The translations under genes and the position numbers were made by a program. From contig CAWCAG010000007.1 in the NCBI GenBank assembly GCA_963793425.1, forward strand, positions 256,001 through 320,000: a stretch of DNA of 64,000 bases. The letters run 5' to 3'. A model generated the notes under the pieces. That model was not told where the DNA came from. It was given only the letters and a program-made list of their open reading frames with translations, and made no database searches. Of the stretch, positions 40,166 to 49,510 are shown piece by piece (position 1 is the first letter of the stretch; every line of letters begins with the position of its first letter). This DNA comes from an uncultured cyanobacterium. Its GTDB lineage: Bacteria; Cyanobacteriota; Cyanobacteriia; Cyanobacteriales; CAWCAG01.

Positions 40166-41815
40166 ATGGGGGAAATGAATGCGGCTGAACTATTAGTTCA
40201 ATGCCTAGAAAATGAAGAAGTGGAATATGTTTTTGGGCTGCCTGGAGAAGAAAACCTGGACATCTTAGAAGCCCTGAGAACTTCTTCAATTAAATTCATT
40301 ACTACCCGTCATGAACAGGGGGCCGCTTTTATGGCTGATGTTTATGGTAGGTTAACCGGTAAAGCTGGAGTTTGTCTTTCTACCCTTGGCCCTGGGGCAA
40401 CCAACCTCATGACGGGAGTAGCTGATGCAAACCTTGATGGGGCCCCTTTAGTAGCCATTACCGGGCAAGTAGGTACTGACCGGATGCACATCGAATCTCA
40501 CCAGTATCTCGACTTGGTGGCAATGTTCTCTCCGGTAACTAAATGGAATAGCCAAATAGTCCGCCCCAGTAACACTTCAGAAATTATTCGTAAAGCTTTC
40601 AAAATTGCCCAAGCCGAAAAGCCAGGGGCTGTTCATATCGATTTACCAGAAAACATTGCTGCGATGCCTGTGGGGAAAGCAACTCCCCTCAATAAAGATA
40701 GCCGCGAAACTACTTACGCTTCCTTTCGCAGTTTCAATCTTGCTGCTGAATATGTCTCTAAAGCCAAGAATCCGCTTATTTTAGTAGGTAACGGTACAAT
40801 TAGAGCCAATGCAGGAGAAGCCTTAACAGAATTTGCTACCACCTTAAATATTCCTGTAGTTAATACCTTTATGGGGAAAGGAATAATTCCTTACACCCAC
40901 CCCTTAGCCATGTGGACAATTGGTTTGCAACAGCGGGATCGCATTAGCTGTGCTTTTGATCAAACTGACTTAGTAATTGCCATCGGCTATGACTTAATTG
41001 AATATTCTCCGAAAAAATGGAACCCAGAAGGCAATATTCCCATTATCCACATCGGCGCAACTCCAGCAGAAATTGATAGTAGCTATATTCCTTTAGTAGA
41101 AGTTGTAGGAGACATTGCTGATTCCCTTGATAATATTGTCAAGCGTGCCGATCGCCAAGGCAAACCCACCCCAGAAGCCTTAGAATTGAGGGTAGAAATT
41201 CGGGAAGAATACGAACGCTACGCCAACGATGACGGATTCCCTGTCAAACCCCAAAAAATCATTTATGACCTCAGACAAGTAATGGGGCCAGAAGATATTG
41301 TTATTAGTGATGTGGGGGCCCATAAAATGTGGATGGCTAGACATTACCACGGCGATCGCCCCAACACTTGTATCATCTCCAACGGCTTTGCTGCCATGGG
41401 CATTGCGATTCCTGGGGCTTTAGCAGCTAAATTAGTGCATCCCCACAAAAAGGTAGTGGCAGTGACTGGAGATGGGGGTTTTATGATGAACTGCCAAGAA
41501 TTGGAAACAGCACTGCGGGTGGGTACTCCTTTTGTAACTTTGATTTTCAACGATAACGGTTACGGCTTAATTGAGTGGAAACAAATCAACCAATTTGGGC
41601 AAGCAGCCTTTGTTGATTTCGGCAACCCTGATTTTGTTAAGTTTGCTGAAAGTATGGGTTTGAAAGGTTATCGCGTTGAATCAGCCCAAGACTTGATTCC
41701 CACTTTGAAAACCGCTTTAGAACAAGATGTTCCTTCAGTAATTGACTGTCCTGTAGATTACAAAGAGAATCTGCGTTTTTCTAAGGTTGCAGGAGATTTG
41801 CATTGTCCGATGTAG
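40166..41815 (+). CDS. ogdA: ThDP-dependent acetolactate-synthase-like enzyme, most likely 2-oxoglutarate decarboxylase
   Basis: FGLPGEEN, RHEQGAAFMA, GDGGFMMN..N ThDP motif; directly downstream of SSADH as in the known cyanobacterial TCA-bypass pair. Confidence 0.8.
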   Translation: MGEMNAAELLVQCLENEEVEYVFGLPGEENLDILEALRTSSIKFITTRHEQGAAFMADVYGRLTGKAGVCLSTLGPGATNLMTGVADANLDGAPLVAITGQVGTDRMHIESHQYLDLVAMFSPVTKWNSQIVRPSNTSEIIRKAFKIAQAEKPGAVHIDLPENIAAMPVGKATPLNKDSRETTYASFRSFNLAAEYVSKAKNPLILVGNGTIRANAGEALTEFATTLNIPVVNTFMGKGIIPYTHPLAMWTIGLQQRDRISCAFDQTDLVIAIGYDLIEYSPKKWNPEGNIPIIHIGATPAEIDSSYIPLVEVVGDIADSLDNIVKRADRQGKPTPEALELRVEIREEYERYANDDGFPVKPQKIIYDLRQVMGPEDIVISDVGAHKMWMARHYHGDRPNTCIISNGFAAMGIAIPGALAAKLVHPHKKVVAVTGDGGFMMNCQELETALRVGTPFVTLIFNDNGYGLIEWKQINQFGQAAFVDFGNPDFVKFAESMGLKGYRVESAQDLIPTLKTALEQDVPSVIDCPVDYKENLRFSKVAGDLHCPM

Positions 41816-41857
41816 AAAATTTTCACTTTTTGTCTCAGGATGGGCAAGTAGAACAAC

Positions 41858-42943
41858 TCACATACATTGTTGCAATACTTCTACTGTAGCCCGTCCAGTT
41901 TTAGCCCAGCTAAATTGCTTAGCCCTTTCTAAACCCAAAGTTGCAAGTTGGGATCGCATCTTTTCATCTTTAACAATTATTTCCATTGCCTTAGTAATTT
42001 CTGCTGTTTTGCAAGGATTAATCAAAAGTACTGCATCTCCTGCCACCTCTGGTAGGGAAGAAAGGTTAGAAGTAATTACCGGAGTACCACAAGCCATTGC
42101 TTCTAAAATTGGTAGTCCGAAACCTTCCCAAAGAGAAGGAAAAACAAGGGCGATCGCCTCGTTAATAATTGTCGGTAATTCTTGATAGGAAACATAATCG
42201 AGAAATTTAACTTTGTGTTGTAATTTCAACTCTTTTACTTGTATTTTCAACTGAGGAGTATAACGCTGATCTTGAGAACCAACTAACCAAAGTTCATAGT
42301 CTCTAATTTCAGTAAGATTAGCGAAAGCTGCAATTAATCTACTCACATTTTTGTGGGGATTATGACGACCAATATAAAGAAAGTAAGGGCAAGAGTTACT
42401 AGGAGATAAGTTTAAGGGGCGGAAATTGTTCTCATCATAACCAAGGGGAATTGGTACAATTTTGCTGGCAGGAATTTTCATAAAATCAACAATATCCGTC
42501 GCTGTAGCTATTGAGTTACAAATAATTTCTCTACTTTGCTTAAGAACTTGAGGTACATAATAGCGATAGTATAGGTTTTGGGCTAAAGAGTCTTGGGGGA
42601 AACGTAAAGGAATGAAGTCATGCACCATAACTACATAGGGACAATGATAGTTATATAAAGGTGCTTCAGGAAGGGGGGAAAATAATAGCTTACTCTGGCA
42701 TTTTTGATAAAGCTGACCTAATTTAAACTGTGTCCAAAAAAGGCGACGGAGATGACCTTTTGCTCCTTGTGCTGGAGAAAGATTATTAGAGATTTGATAA
42801 CAGTTAAAATCAGGATAGTTATGGGCAGTTAAAAGAGTAGGATCAAGAGGTTTGAGATAAGGAATTAAATTAGTAGCATAATTAGATATGCCTGTCGGTT
42901 GAGAAAAAAGAACAGAAAGATTAACTAATAATTTCGACATCAA
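41858..42943 (-). CDS. GT4 (group 1) glycosyltransferase
   Basis: VHDFIP, HKNV, FPSLWEGFGLPILEAMACGTPV. Confidence 0.92.
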   Translation of the reverse strand: MMSKLLVNLSVLFSQPTGISNYATNLIPYLKPLDPTLLTAHNYPDFNCYQISNNLSPAQGAKGHLRRLFWTQFKLGQLYQKCQSKLLFSPLPEAPLYNYHCPYVVMVHDFIPLRFPQDSLAQNLYYRYYVPQVLKQSREIICNSIATATDIVDFMKIPASKIVPIPLGYDENNFRPLNLSPSNSCPYFLYIGRHNPHKNVSRLIAAFANLTEIRDYELWLVGSQDQRYTPQLKIQVKELKLQHKVKFLDYVSYQELPTIINEAIALVFPSLWEGFGLPILEAMACGTPVITSNLSSLPEVAGDAVLLINPCKTAEITKAMEIIVKDEKMRSQLATLGLERAKQFSWAKTGRATVEVLQQCM

Positions 42944-43123
42944 AAGTATTGAGCAAACTTATCTCGACAAGCTAATGTACATTTAAACCTCTCCCCTTCA
43001 CCCCGTCAATCCCAACAATCAAATTAAATACTTAATAACCTTAGAGTACTCCAACCAAGCAAATAGCCTCACCAGGTCTAAGATTTTAGCCACTAGCCAT
43101 TAGCATATCTTAGCCTACCATTG

Positions 43124-45130
43124 CTATAGATATGTTTTAAGTATCCAACCAGCAGTTTCACGATCAGAGAGAATTCTTTCTATTTTCATCGCCTCAGCCC
43201 TAGTTGCTGCTAAAATATTTTCCATCATCACTGCCCCTTCAGTCTCAGCAGCAAGAAAAGCTGCATTGAGAGCAATATTGCGGATACTTCCTCCTGTCAT
43301 AGCTAATTGACCTAACTTATAGTAGTCTAGGGCTTTGGTGGGAGTTTGTTGCGGATACATCCGTTGCCAAATTTTGCTTCTACTCTCCGCATCGGGAAAG
43401 GGAAAAGAAACAACAAAACGGAGACGGCGCAGAAAAGCTTGATCAAGGGAATCTTTAAGATTAGTGGTTAAAATTGCTAAACCTTGGTAAGCTTCCATCC
43501 GTTGCAACAGAAAACTTACTTCCACATTAGCATGACGGTCATGGCTATCTTTAACCTGAGTGCGTTTGCCGAAAAGAGCATCCGCTTCATCAAAAAGTAA
43601 AACCACTCCCCCTCCTTCGGCTGCACTAAAAATACGTTCCAAGTTTTTCTCCGTCTCGCCAATATACTTGCTAACTACCCTACTCAAATCAATACGATAG
43701 AGATCCAGTTTAAATTCATTGGCTAACACCTCCGCAGCCAGGGTTTTTCCCGTACCACTCTCCCCAGCAAACAAAGCACTAACTCCCAATCCACGGCTAC
43801 TACGTTTAGCTAAACCCCACTTTTGGTAAACCTTGGCCCTCTGGCGTACCTGGCTTGCTAATTCTTGCAAAGTACTTTTAGTTTTTTCCGGCAGAATCAA
43901 ATCTTCCCAGGTAGCTTGACTTTCTACCCGTTGTGCCAAATCATCTAGTTGGGGACGGGCTTGGGTGCGGCAAAAGTTCCAGAGTTGTTCTGCTAAAGGG
44001 ATTTGCTGTTCAGTTGTGGTTAAACAAGCTGTTTTAATCTTTGCCCCACTGAGGCTAAAGTTAGTTACCAGGGATTCTACTGTGCCATTTAGTTGGGAAG
44101 TCGCTTCACCTAAGTTGGCTTGCCACAGGGCTAATTGCTCATCGTGGGTTAACGGGGGAATATCAAAGGCGATCGCTTCTCTTCGTGGCAAATTTTTCCT
44201 TTTTTCACTACAAACTATTAGGGGGGTTTCTATATCTTCTACTAACCGAGAGATAGCTTCTTCCCTAACCCTGTCTGCTTGATGAAGGTTGTGGCAATCC
44301 AACAACAACACACCACCAATTAATTTTACTTGCCGATGCCAGCGTTGCAGCAAGAAAGATAATTCATCAGGGTTGCTGGGTAGTCGGGAAGTAGAAAGGT
44401 AGTAGAGGGGATGATTATCTTCATAACAGGCTGCGATAACGAAGTTAAAGCCTACGGCTATCGCAATTTCTTCGCTGACGCTAATTTGATAGCTACATAA
44501 CTGAACAATTGGTACTGTCTTATCGGTAGATGAATGTGACCAAATCTTGATGATATTAGTCACTATTTGTTGATGAGATGTGGGGAGTTGAGAATTTTGA
44601 GTAGTTAAAGGTTTGAGGAAACGAGCTAGTTGACCATCGTGGTAATCTTCCTCCATTAAATAATGCAAAATAGTTTCATCAACTCGTAGGGGAGCAAGGG
44701 TAATATCTTCTTTAGTGTCAATTAACAGGATTTGCCAGCGACGTAGGGGGGATGTGGGAGTTATGGCACTCCAATGGTTATCTTGCCATAGTTGTAAAGC
44801 CAAGCCCAAGGTAGGATAGTCAGCACGGGGATTACTATGAGCTTGGGTAAACCAGTAAGGAGCATCGGGGAAGATTACCCGACAAAGGCAGAGTAGGAGA
44901 ATGTTACGCTCAAAAGTTGACAGGGAAAAGGTTTGACAAAGTTTTTCTAAGGGAGGCAAAGAACTGGCAATTACTTCTAATTCTGGAGTGACAACAGTTG
45001 ATTTATCTTCAACTTCCTGCTGTTGTTGGCGTTGAGTATAGTTAATTAATTCCTGGTAAATAGGAGTTAAGGCAGTGATGAGGTTATTTGGGTTAGTTTC
45101 ATTCCCATTAGGATTTGTAATCCTAGCCAT
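43124..45130 (-). CDS. AAA+ ATPase of the eCIS (Afp15/Pvc15-like) type
   Basis: FSLSTFERNILLL, PLRRWQIL, GESGTGKT, DLYRIDLSRVVSKYIGETEKNL, LLFDEADALFGKR, DRHANVEV, AFLRRL, GGSIRN. Confidence 0.85.
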   Translation of the reverse strand: MARITNPNGNETNPNNLITALTPIYQELINYTQRQQQQEVEDKSTVVTPELEVIASSLPPLEKLCQTFSLSTFERNILLLCLCRVIFPDAPYWFTQAHSNPRADYPTLGLALQLWQDNHWSAITPTSPLRRWQILLIDTKEDITLAPLRVDETILHYLMEEDYHDGQLARFLKPLTTQNSQLPTSHQQIVTNIIKIWSHSSTDKTVPIVQLCSYQISVSEEIAIAVGFNFVIAACYEDNHPLYYLSTSRLPSNPDELSFLLQRWHRQVKLIGGVLLLDCHNLHQADRVREEAISRLVEDIETPLIVCSEKRKNLPRREAIAFDIPPLTHDEQLALWQANLGEATSQLNGTVESLVTNFSLSGAKIKTACLTTTEQQIPLAEQLWNFCRTQARPQLDDLAQRVESQATWEDLILPEKTKSTLQELASQVRQRAKVYQKWGLAKRSSRGLGVSALFAGESGTGKTLAAEVLANEFKLDLYRIDLSRVVSKYIGETEKNLERIFSAAEGGGVVLLFDEADALFGKRTQVKDSHDRHANVEVSFLLQRMEAYQGLAILTTNLKDSLDQAFLRRLRFVVSFPFPDAESRSKIWQRMYPQQTPTKALDYYKLGQLAMTGGSIRNIALNAAFLAAETEGAVMMENILAATRAEAMKIERILSDRETAGWILKTYL

Positions 45131-45270
45131 TAATTTTCCTCTCCCAAAAGTCTTAGTTCTCTATGAATGATATTAAGATATATTTAGCTAAAAGTATTAA
45201 CTAAAAGAGTTTAGATAAGCTTAAAAGCAACAAAAAGTTATACTTTTGTCCATAGCTTTCTCAACATTTT

Positions 45271-45906
45271 ATGAGTAGAACCTACGCCAGCAAGTCTTCA
45301 CATTGGACTCCTCCTAGTGTTTCCCGTAAATCTTCTTCTTCCTTCAAACCCCCTACGGTTGGTATTCAACCAGCAACAGGGAGATGGCAGAGTACTGAGG
45401 AAACAGCAGGTTGGCAGAAGCCAATTGCTTCTGAGGTAGGTAAAAGTTATTTGAGTAATTCGGTTCAAGCTAAGTGTGATGCTTGTGAAGGGAAACAGAA
45501 AGAAGAAACTCCGGAAATACAAACTAAATTAACAGTAGGGGAACCAGGGGATAAGTATGAACAAAAACAGGAGAAACTTCCCAAGCAAACAAACTTTGAT
45601 AAATCTAATCCTTTGGGAGAGGCTTATGAGTGGCTCAGAGACAGAGGCAGTGAAGCTGTGGATTGGCTTAGAGAAGAGGGTAATGAGCTTTTAGGAAAGA
45701 AATGGGGCTGTGAAAACGTCTCTTGTAATGTACAGCAAGTAGATCGTGATGCACAATGTCCAGATAGAGTTTACGGTAACAGTGATTACAAATACAAAAA
45801 TTTTGATGATGCTTGTAATGCGGCTAAACAGGATGCTAATCGTAGAGTACCTAGAGGCTGTTACAAGCGCCACTGTAATTGTAGGAATAAGTGCCAACAG
45901 AAATAA
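45271..45906 (+). CDS. Putative eCIS-associated polymorphic toxin 1 (conserved N-terminal module + 8-Cys C-terminal domain)
   Basis: VQAKCDACE and IQTKLTVGEPGDKYEQ, a motif typical upstream of DUF4157; tip WGC..VSCNVQ..CPDRV..ACxxAK..PRGCYKRHCNC. Confidence 0.7.
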   Translation: MSRTYASKSSHWTPPSVSRKSSSSFKPPTVGIQPATGRWQSTEETAGWQKPIASEVGKSYLSNSVQAKCDACEGKQKEETPEIQTKLTVGEPGDKYEQKQEKLPKQTNFDKSNPLGEAYEWLRDRGSEAVDWLREEGNELLGKKWGCENVSCNVQQVDRDAQCPDRVYGNSDYKYKNFDDACNAAKQDANRRVPRGCYKRHCNCRNKCQQK

Positions 45907-45954
45907 GCTTAAGGTAAACAGAACTATATAAAGACAGATAACTACTTAACTAAA

Positions 45955-46668
45955 ATGAGTCAAGATTTTCAAACCAAGCTGCAAATAATAATTGAAGATG
46001 TAGTTCCTGAATGTCGTCTTCAAGTTCAATCTGACATAGACTTAATACTAGCAACTGGAGCAAAGTCTTATCATGATTGGATAACTCTTTTAAAAGAACA
46101 AAAAGCAGATGCAGAGATGCTTAAAACAATTTGCTGGACTTTAGCGCGACTTGGAGATGATACTGCTTTACCTGCATTACTAACAACTCTCAAAACAGCA
46201 AAACCGCTAGTGCGTGCAGAAGCAGCACTAGCATTAGGTACTTTAGGTAACAAGGAATGTCTATCGTACTTATTAGACACTTTGAATGAAGATGAAGATA
46301 TCAAAGTTCGCAGTGCAGCAGCTTATGCTGTTGGTTTGTTAGGTAACAAAGAGGCAGTTAAACAGCTAGTTAAAGTCCTAGAAAATCAGCATGAAAATTC
46401 ACAAGTGAGGGGACAAGCAGCAGAAGCTTTATCTGATTTAGGAGATACTCAGGCTGTCGTACCATTGATTAAAGCTCTCAAAGATGATTCAGTTGAAGTA
46501 CGTTTTTGGTCAGCATTTGCTCTAGGACAACTAGGCTCTCCTCAAGCCATACCAGAGTTAGAGAAATTAGCAACTACAGATAGCACAACTTTGCCAGGTT
46601 GGGGTACGATTAATCAAGAAGCACAAGAGGCTATAGAAGCAATAAGAAGTTGCGAGATATCAGGATAG
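45955..46668 (+). CDS. HEAT/PBS-repeat protein, candidate immunity protein
   Basis: Repeated VRxxAAxALGxLG units; directly downstream of toxin 1. Confidence 0.8.
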   Translation: MSQDFQTKLQIIIEDVVPECRLQVQSDIDLILATGAKSYHDWITLLKEQKADAEMLKTICWTLARLGDDTALPALLTTLKTAKPLVRAEAALALGTLGNKECLSYLLDTLNEDEDIKVRSAAAYAVGLLGNKEAVKQLVKVLENQHENSQVRGQAAEALSDLGDTQAVVPLIKALKDDSVEVRFWSAFALGQLGSPQAIPELEKLATTDSTTLPGWGTINQEAQEAIEAIRSCEISG

Positions 46669-46710
46669 TTAAACTTTCCTATAGAGTCTAGTAAATATAA
46701 ATCTCAATTA

Positions 46711-46989
46711 ATGAATAATTTTCTGATAGGAATAATTGGAAATCTGCCAGAAGAAGTAAAATCTATCCTAATCAAAATAATATTTTTTCTGGGCAGAGTA
46801 TTGAGTTTTAGGATTTTCGGTGGTTTGTCTATACGAACAGTTAGCTCTCTATTGTGTTTGGTAATTGCAATCATAATTTTAACTAATCCTCAACGGAGAC
46901 AACAAAGGCCATTCACTGCTGCGATTTGCCTGGGTTGGGCAATAGGAAGTTTAGCTCCACAAGTCTATGATTTGTGGGTAGGAAGATAA
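46711..46989 (+). CDS. Small hydrophobic membrane protein inside the toxin array
   Basis: 92 aa, 2-3 hydrophobic segments, co-oriented. Confidence 0.55.
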   Translation: MNNFLIGIIGNLPEEVKSILIKIIFFLGRVLSFRIFGGLSIRTVSSLLCLVIAIIILTNPQRRQQRPFTAAICLGWAIGSLAPQVYDLWVGR

Positions 46990-47059
46990 ATTAATATTCT
47001 CCCCTTCTGTGTTGCTACAGGTTTAGAATAAGAGATGAGACAGCTTTCATTCTCGCCCA

Positions 47060-47986
47060 TCTTCTTCCTTTAAACCACCAACAGTTGGTATTCAACCTGC
47101 AACGGGCAGATGGCAAAGCAAAGAGGAAGGGGCTGGTTGGCAAAAACCTATTTCCTCTGGGGTAGGTAAGCATTATTTGAGCAATTCAATTCAGGCTAAA
47201 TGCGATGCTTGTGAAGGGAAACAGAAAGAAGAAACTCCGGAAATACAAACTAAATTAACAGTAGGGGAACCAGGGGATAAATATGAACAAGAAGCGGATG
47301 CCACGGCAGCAAAGGTAGTTAAACAGATTAATTCTCCTGGGTTTAATGAATCAGTACAAACAAAAGTAGAGTCAGCAGTAAAGTCTTCGCCGGGTAATGG
47401 TATGGAACCCCCAGGAGACTGTAGCGATTTGAAATATGAAGCTTTGTTGTTAGCTGTAGAAGCAAGCAAAAAAGTTGTATCTAATCTTGGTGGATGTAGA
47501 GAGGACGATGACTGCCCAACCCTTGCAACCAAGATAGCTGCTATCGCGGCAGAACTTGCTGCGCGTACTGCTAGGGAAACTACGTGCTTTAGGGGCGGCA
47601 ATGATAAACATAAAAGGCATATACAACAAGTGAACAACATGATGATGCGTTGCTATAGGTACTTCGATGATTCTAAATGTCCACAAGAATTAGTCGGAGC
47701 CATGCAGGAAGTAGTTAAACGCTCTCGACAGCTTATTGAAGCAGGACTAACTATTGCAGCAGTAGCGGCGCTTATTGCTGCAATTATTGTACTTGCAAAA
47801 GCTATTCTTGCTTTAGGTGTAGCTGGCTCGGTAGCAGCAGGGATTGTAGCCGTGATAGTGGCGCTAGAGTTAGCCTTAAGCAAATTCAACACACTAGACA
47901 ATCTCGCGATGATATGCAAATACCTCCTGACAAAGACCTCAGAGCATATTTCTTTAAGGCGTTTGCCTCACGCCCTCGACCCCTAG
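47060..47986 (+). CDS. Orphan toxin cassette 2: same N-terminal module + Ntox16-like domain + hydrophobic tail; no in-frame ATG before the homologous segment
   Basis: Frame open from 47039 (after TGA 47036); SSSFKPPTVGIQPATGRWQ homologous to toxin 1; QTKLTVGEPGDKYEQEADATAAKV; PPGDC...AR..TCFRGGNDKH; ORF-track start TTG 47177. Confidence 0.65.
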   Translation, partial: SSSFKPPTVGIQPATGRWQSKEEGAGWQKPISSGVGKHYLSNSIQAKCDACEGKQKEETPEIQTKLTVGEPGDKYEQEADATAAKVVKQINSPGFNESVQTKVESAVKSSPGNGMEPPGDCSDLKYEALLLAVEASKKVVSNLGGCREDDDCPTLATKIAAIAAELAARTARETTCFRGGNDKHKRHIQQVNNMMMRCYRYFDDSKCPQELVGAMQEVVKRSRQLIEAGLTIAAVAALIAAIIVLAKAILALGVAGSVAAGIVAVIVALELALSKFNTLDNLAMICKYLLTKTSEHISLRRLPHALDP

Positions 47987-48516
47987 CTACTCAGATATTA
48001 ATACCAGAACCTCGAGTGCAACACGAATGTAAAAAATTGGGTCAACTTCTGGCCACAAAAACTTCCGTAGAAATCACTGCCAATGATATTCGGACTGAGC
48101 TTGAACGTGATCTCGCTGCACTTACCTCCAAGGCATTTCAATATTTTCTACCTGCTTGTCTCTACTTTTCCCTGGAATTATACGAATCTCTCAGTATTTT
48201 TGCGGACGGATTAATAGATATACTTACCAAGCCATCTCGCAATGATATCGTAGAAACCTATGATTACCTCGCTCAGTGTTCGCCCGGTCTCCCGGATGAT
48301 ATGCTGGAACTGAACAGGAAGCAGCAATTAGAATGGTTCGATTCTGGTCGTCCATCAGCAGAGTTTCATGAGCGCTTCGACAGTCTAACCCCTAAAGAAG
48401 GAAAAGCAATTCTGAGGTTTTTGTTGACCTTCAAGGAGTCTTATAATAAAAACTATCCTTTCGGAGAGTTGGATAGAGCTATCAACCGTCACTGGATACG
48501 TTATCAAGATTTGTAA
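47914..48516 (+). CDS. DUF6714-like protein, candidate immunity protein
   Basis: KAFASRPRP, LTSKAFQYFLPACL, LTPKEGKAILRFL; overlaps the toxin 2 3' end. Confidence 0.65.
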   Translation: MQIPPDKDLRAYFFKAFASRPRPLATQILIPEPRVQHECKKLGQLLATKTSVEITANDIRTELERDLAALTSKAFQYFLPACLYFSLELYESLSIFADGLIDILTKPSRNDIVETYDYLAQCSPGLPDDMLELNRKQQLEWFDSGRPSAEFHERFDSLTPKEGKAILRFLLTFKESYNKNYPFGELDRAINRHWIRYQDL

Positions 48517-48574
48517 GTTCTGGCCGTAGGGTGTAGGCGATCGCAGTAAAGCTATAACTTTCTGGAGAGTTTGT

Positions 48575-49072
48575 ATGTCGAGAAATACTGGAAAAGTCAA
48601 GTTTGTTGAAGAGAGCATCAGACAAGCATTTAAAGACTCTCCGTACCCAGGAGATTCCAATCTAGTTACTATCAAAAATAGCTATGATTTTGAGGAACAA
48701 GAAATTTTTGAGTCTTTTGTGGGAAAGCACTGGGAAGAGGTTTCGCTAGACACTCTTAAACTCCATCATGAAGCACTGTGCTTTTTCAAACCAGAGGCAT
48801 ACCGTTTTTACCTGCCTGCATATTTATTAGCTACTGCTAAGTCTTATTATCAAGCTGGTAATATTCCTGGAAGTGTAGTCAGCTGCCTGAATATCTCTAA
48901 TATGCGAGGTCACCAGAGAGAGAGATTTATAGCAATAATGAGTGGTTTTAGTGACCAGCAAAAGAAAGCAATATTATCTTTTTTAAGATTTTTGCAACAA
49001 AAGTACTCTGCTAATTATCCTGGTAATGAGTTAAACAGAGTTATTGGAAACTTCTGGATTAAGTTTGAATAA
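48575..49072 (+). CDS. DUF6714-like protein (paralog), candidate immunity protein
   Basis: IRQAFKDSPYPGD, WEEV, FKPEAYRFYLPAYL, QKKAILSFL. Confidence 0.7.
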   Translation: MSRNTGKVKFVEESIRQAFKDSPYPGDSNLVTIKNSYDFEEQEIFESFVGKHWEEVSLDTLKLHHEALCFFKPEAYRFYLPAYLLATAKSYYQAGNIPGSVVSCLNISNMRGHQRERFIAIMSGFSDQQKKAILSFLRFLQQKYSANYPGNELNRVIGNFWIKFE

Positions 49073-49185
49073 TAAGACTAGAGTGTGATTGTAGATAATT
49101 GGTAATAGAGGAATTAGTTTAACTAAATATCTATCAAACCCTAGCCACCATCTATATAGCCTCGAATGTCTTCGCACTGTGGTCA

Positions 49186-49510
49186 CCTCAATTATTAACC
49201 TTCAATGAATTTATTGAACAGTATCCCAATAATGGTAAACGCTACGAATTTCATAGAGGAGTAATTGTTGCCATGCCCCCTCCGACTGGAGAACATAGAA
49301 AAGTTGTAGGATTTCTAGCTTGTAAGCTAACTTTAGAGTTTACCCGCTTGAATCTTCCCTATATCATACCCAAAACTGCATTTGTTAAAACTCCTGATCT
49401 TGAATCTACTTATTTGCCTGATGTGTTGCTATTCAACCTTAGTAACCTAAGTAATGAACCGCTTTTTCAAAAGCAGTCAACAGTGTCTCAAGCTGCATCG
49501 GTTCCTTTAG
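49186..49510 (+). pseudogene. Uma2-family (PD-(D/E)XK) endonuclease, 5' fragment
   Basis: LLTFNEFIEQYP..RYEFHRGVIVAMPPPTGEH...YLPDV...SVPL, broken before the VEVVS motif; no start codon. Confidence 0.75.

Noticed and set aside
40166..41815. ilvB acetolactate synthase
   Set aside because: Context with SSADH favours 2-oxoglutarate decarboxylase; no ilvN nearby.
45955..46668. Phycobilin lyase (CpcE/F) call for the HEAT protein
   Set aside because: Only generic HEAT repeats; context is a toxin array with no phycobiliprotein genes adjacent.
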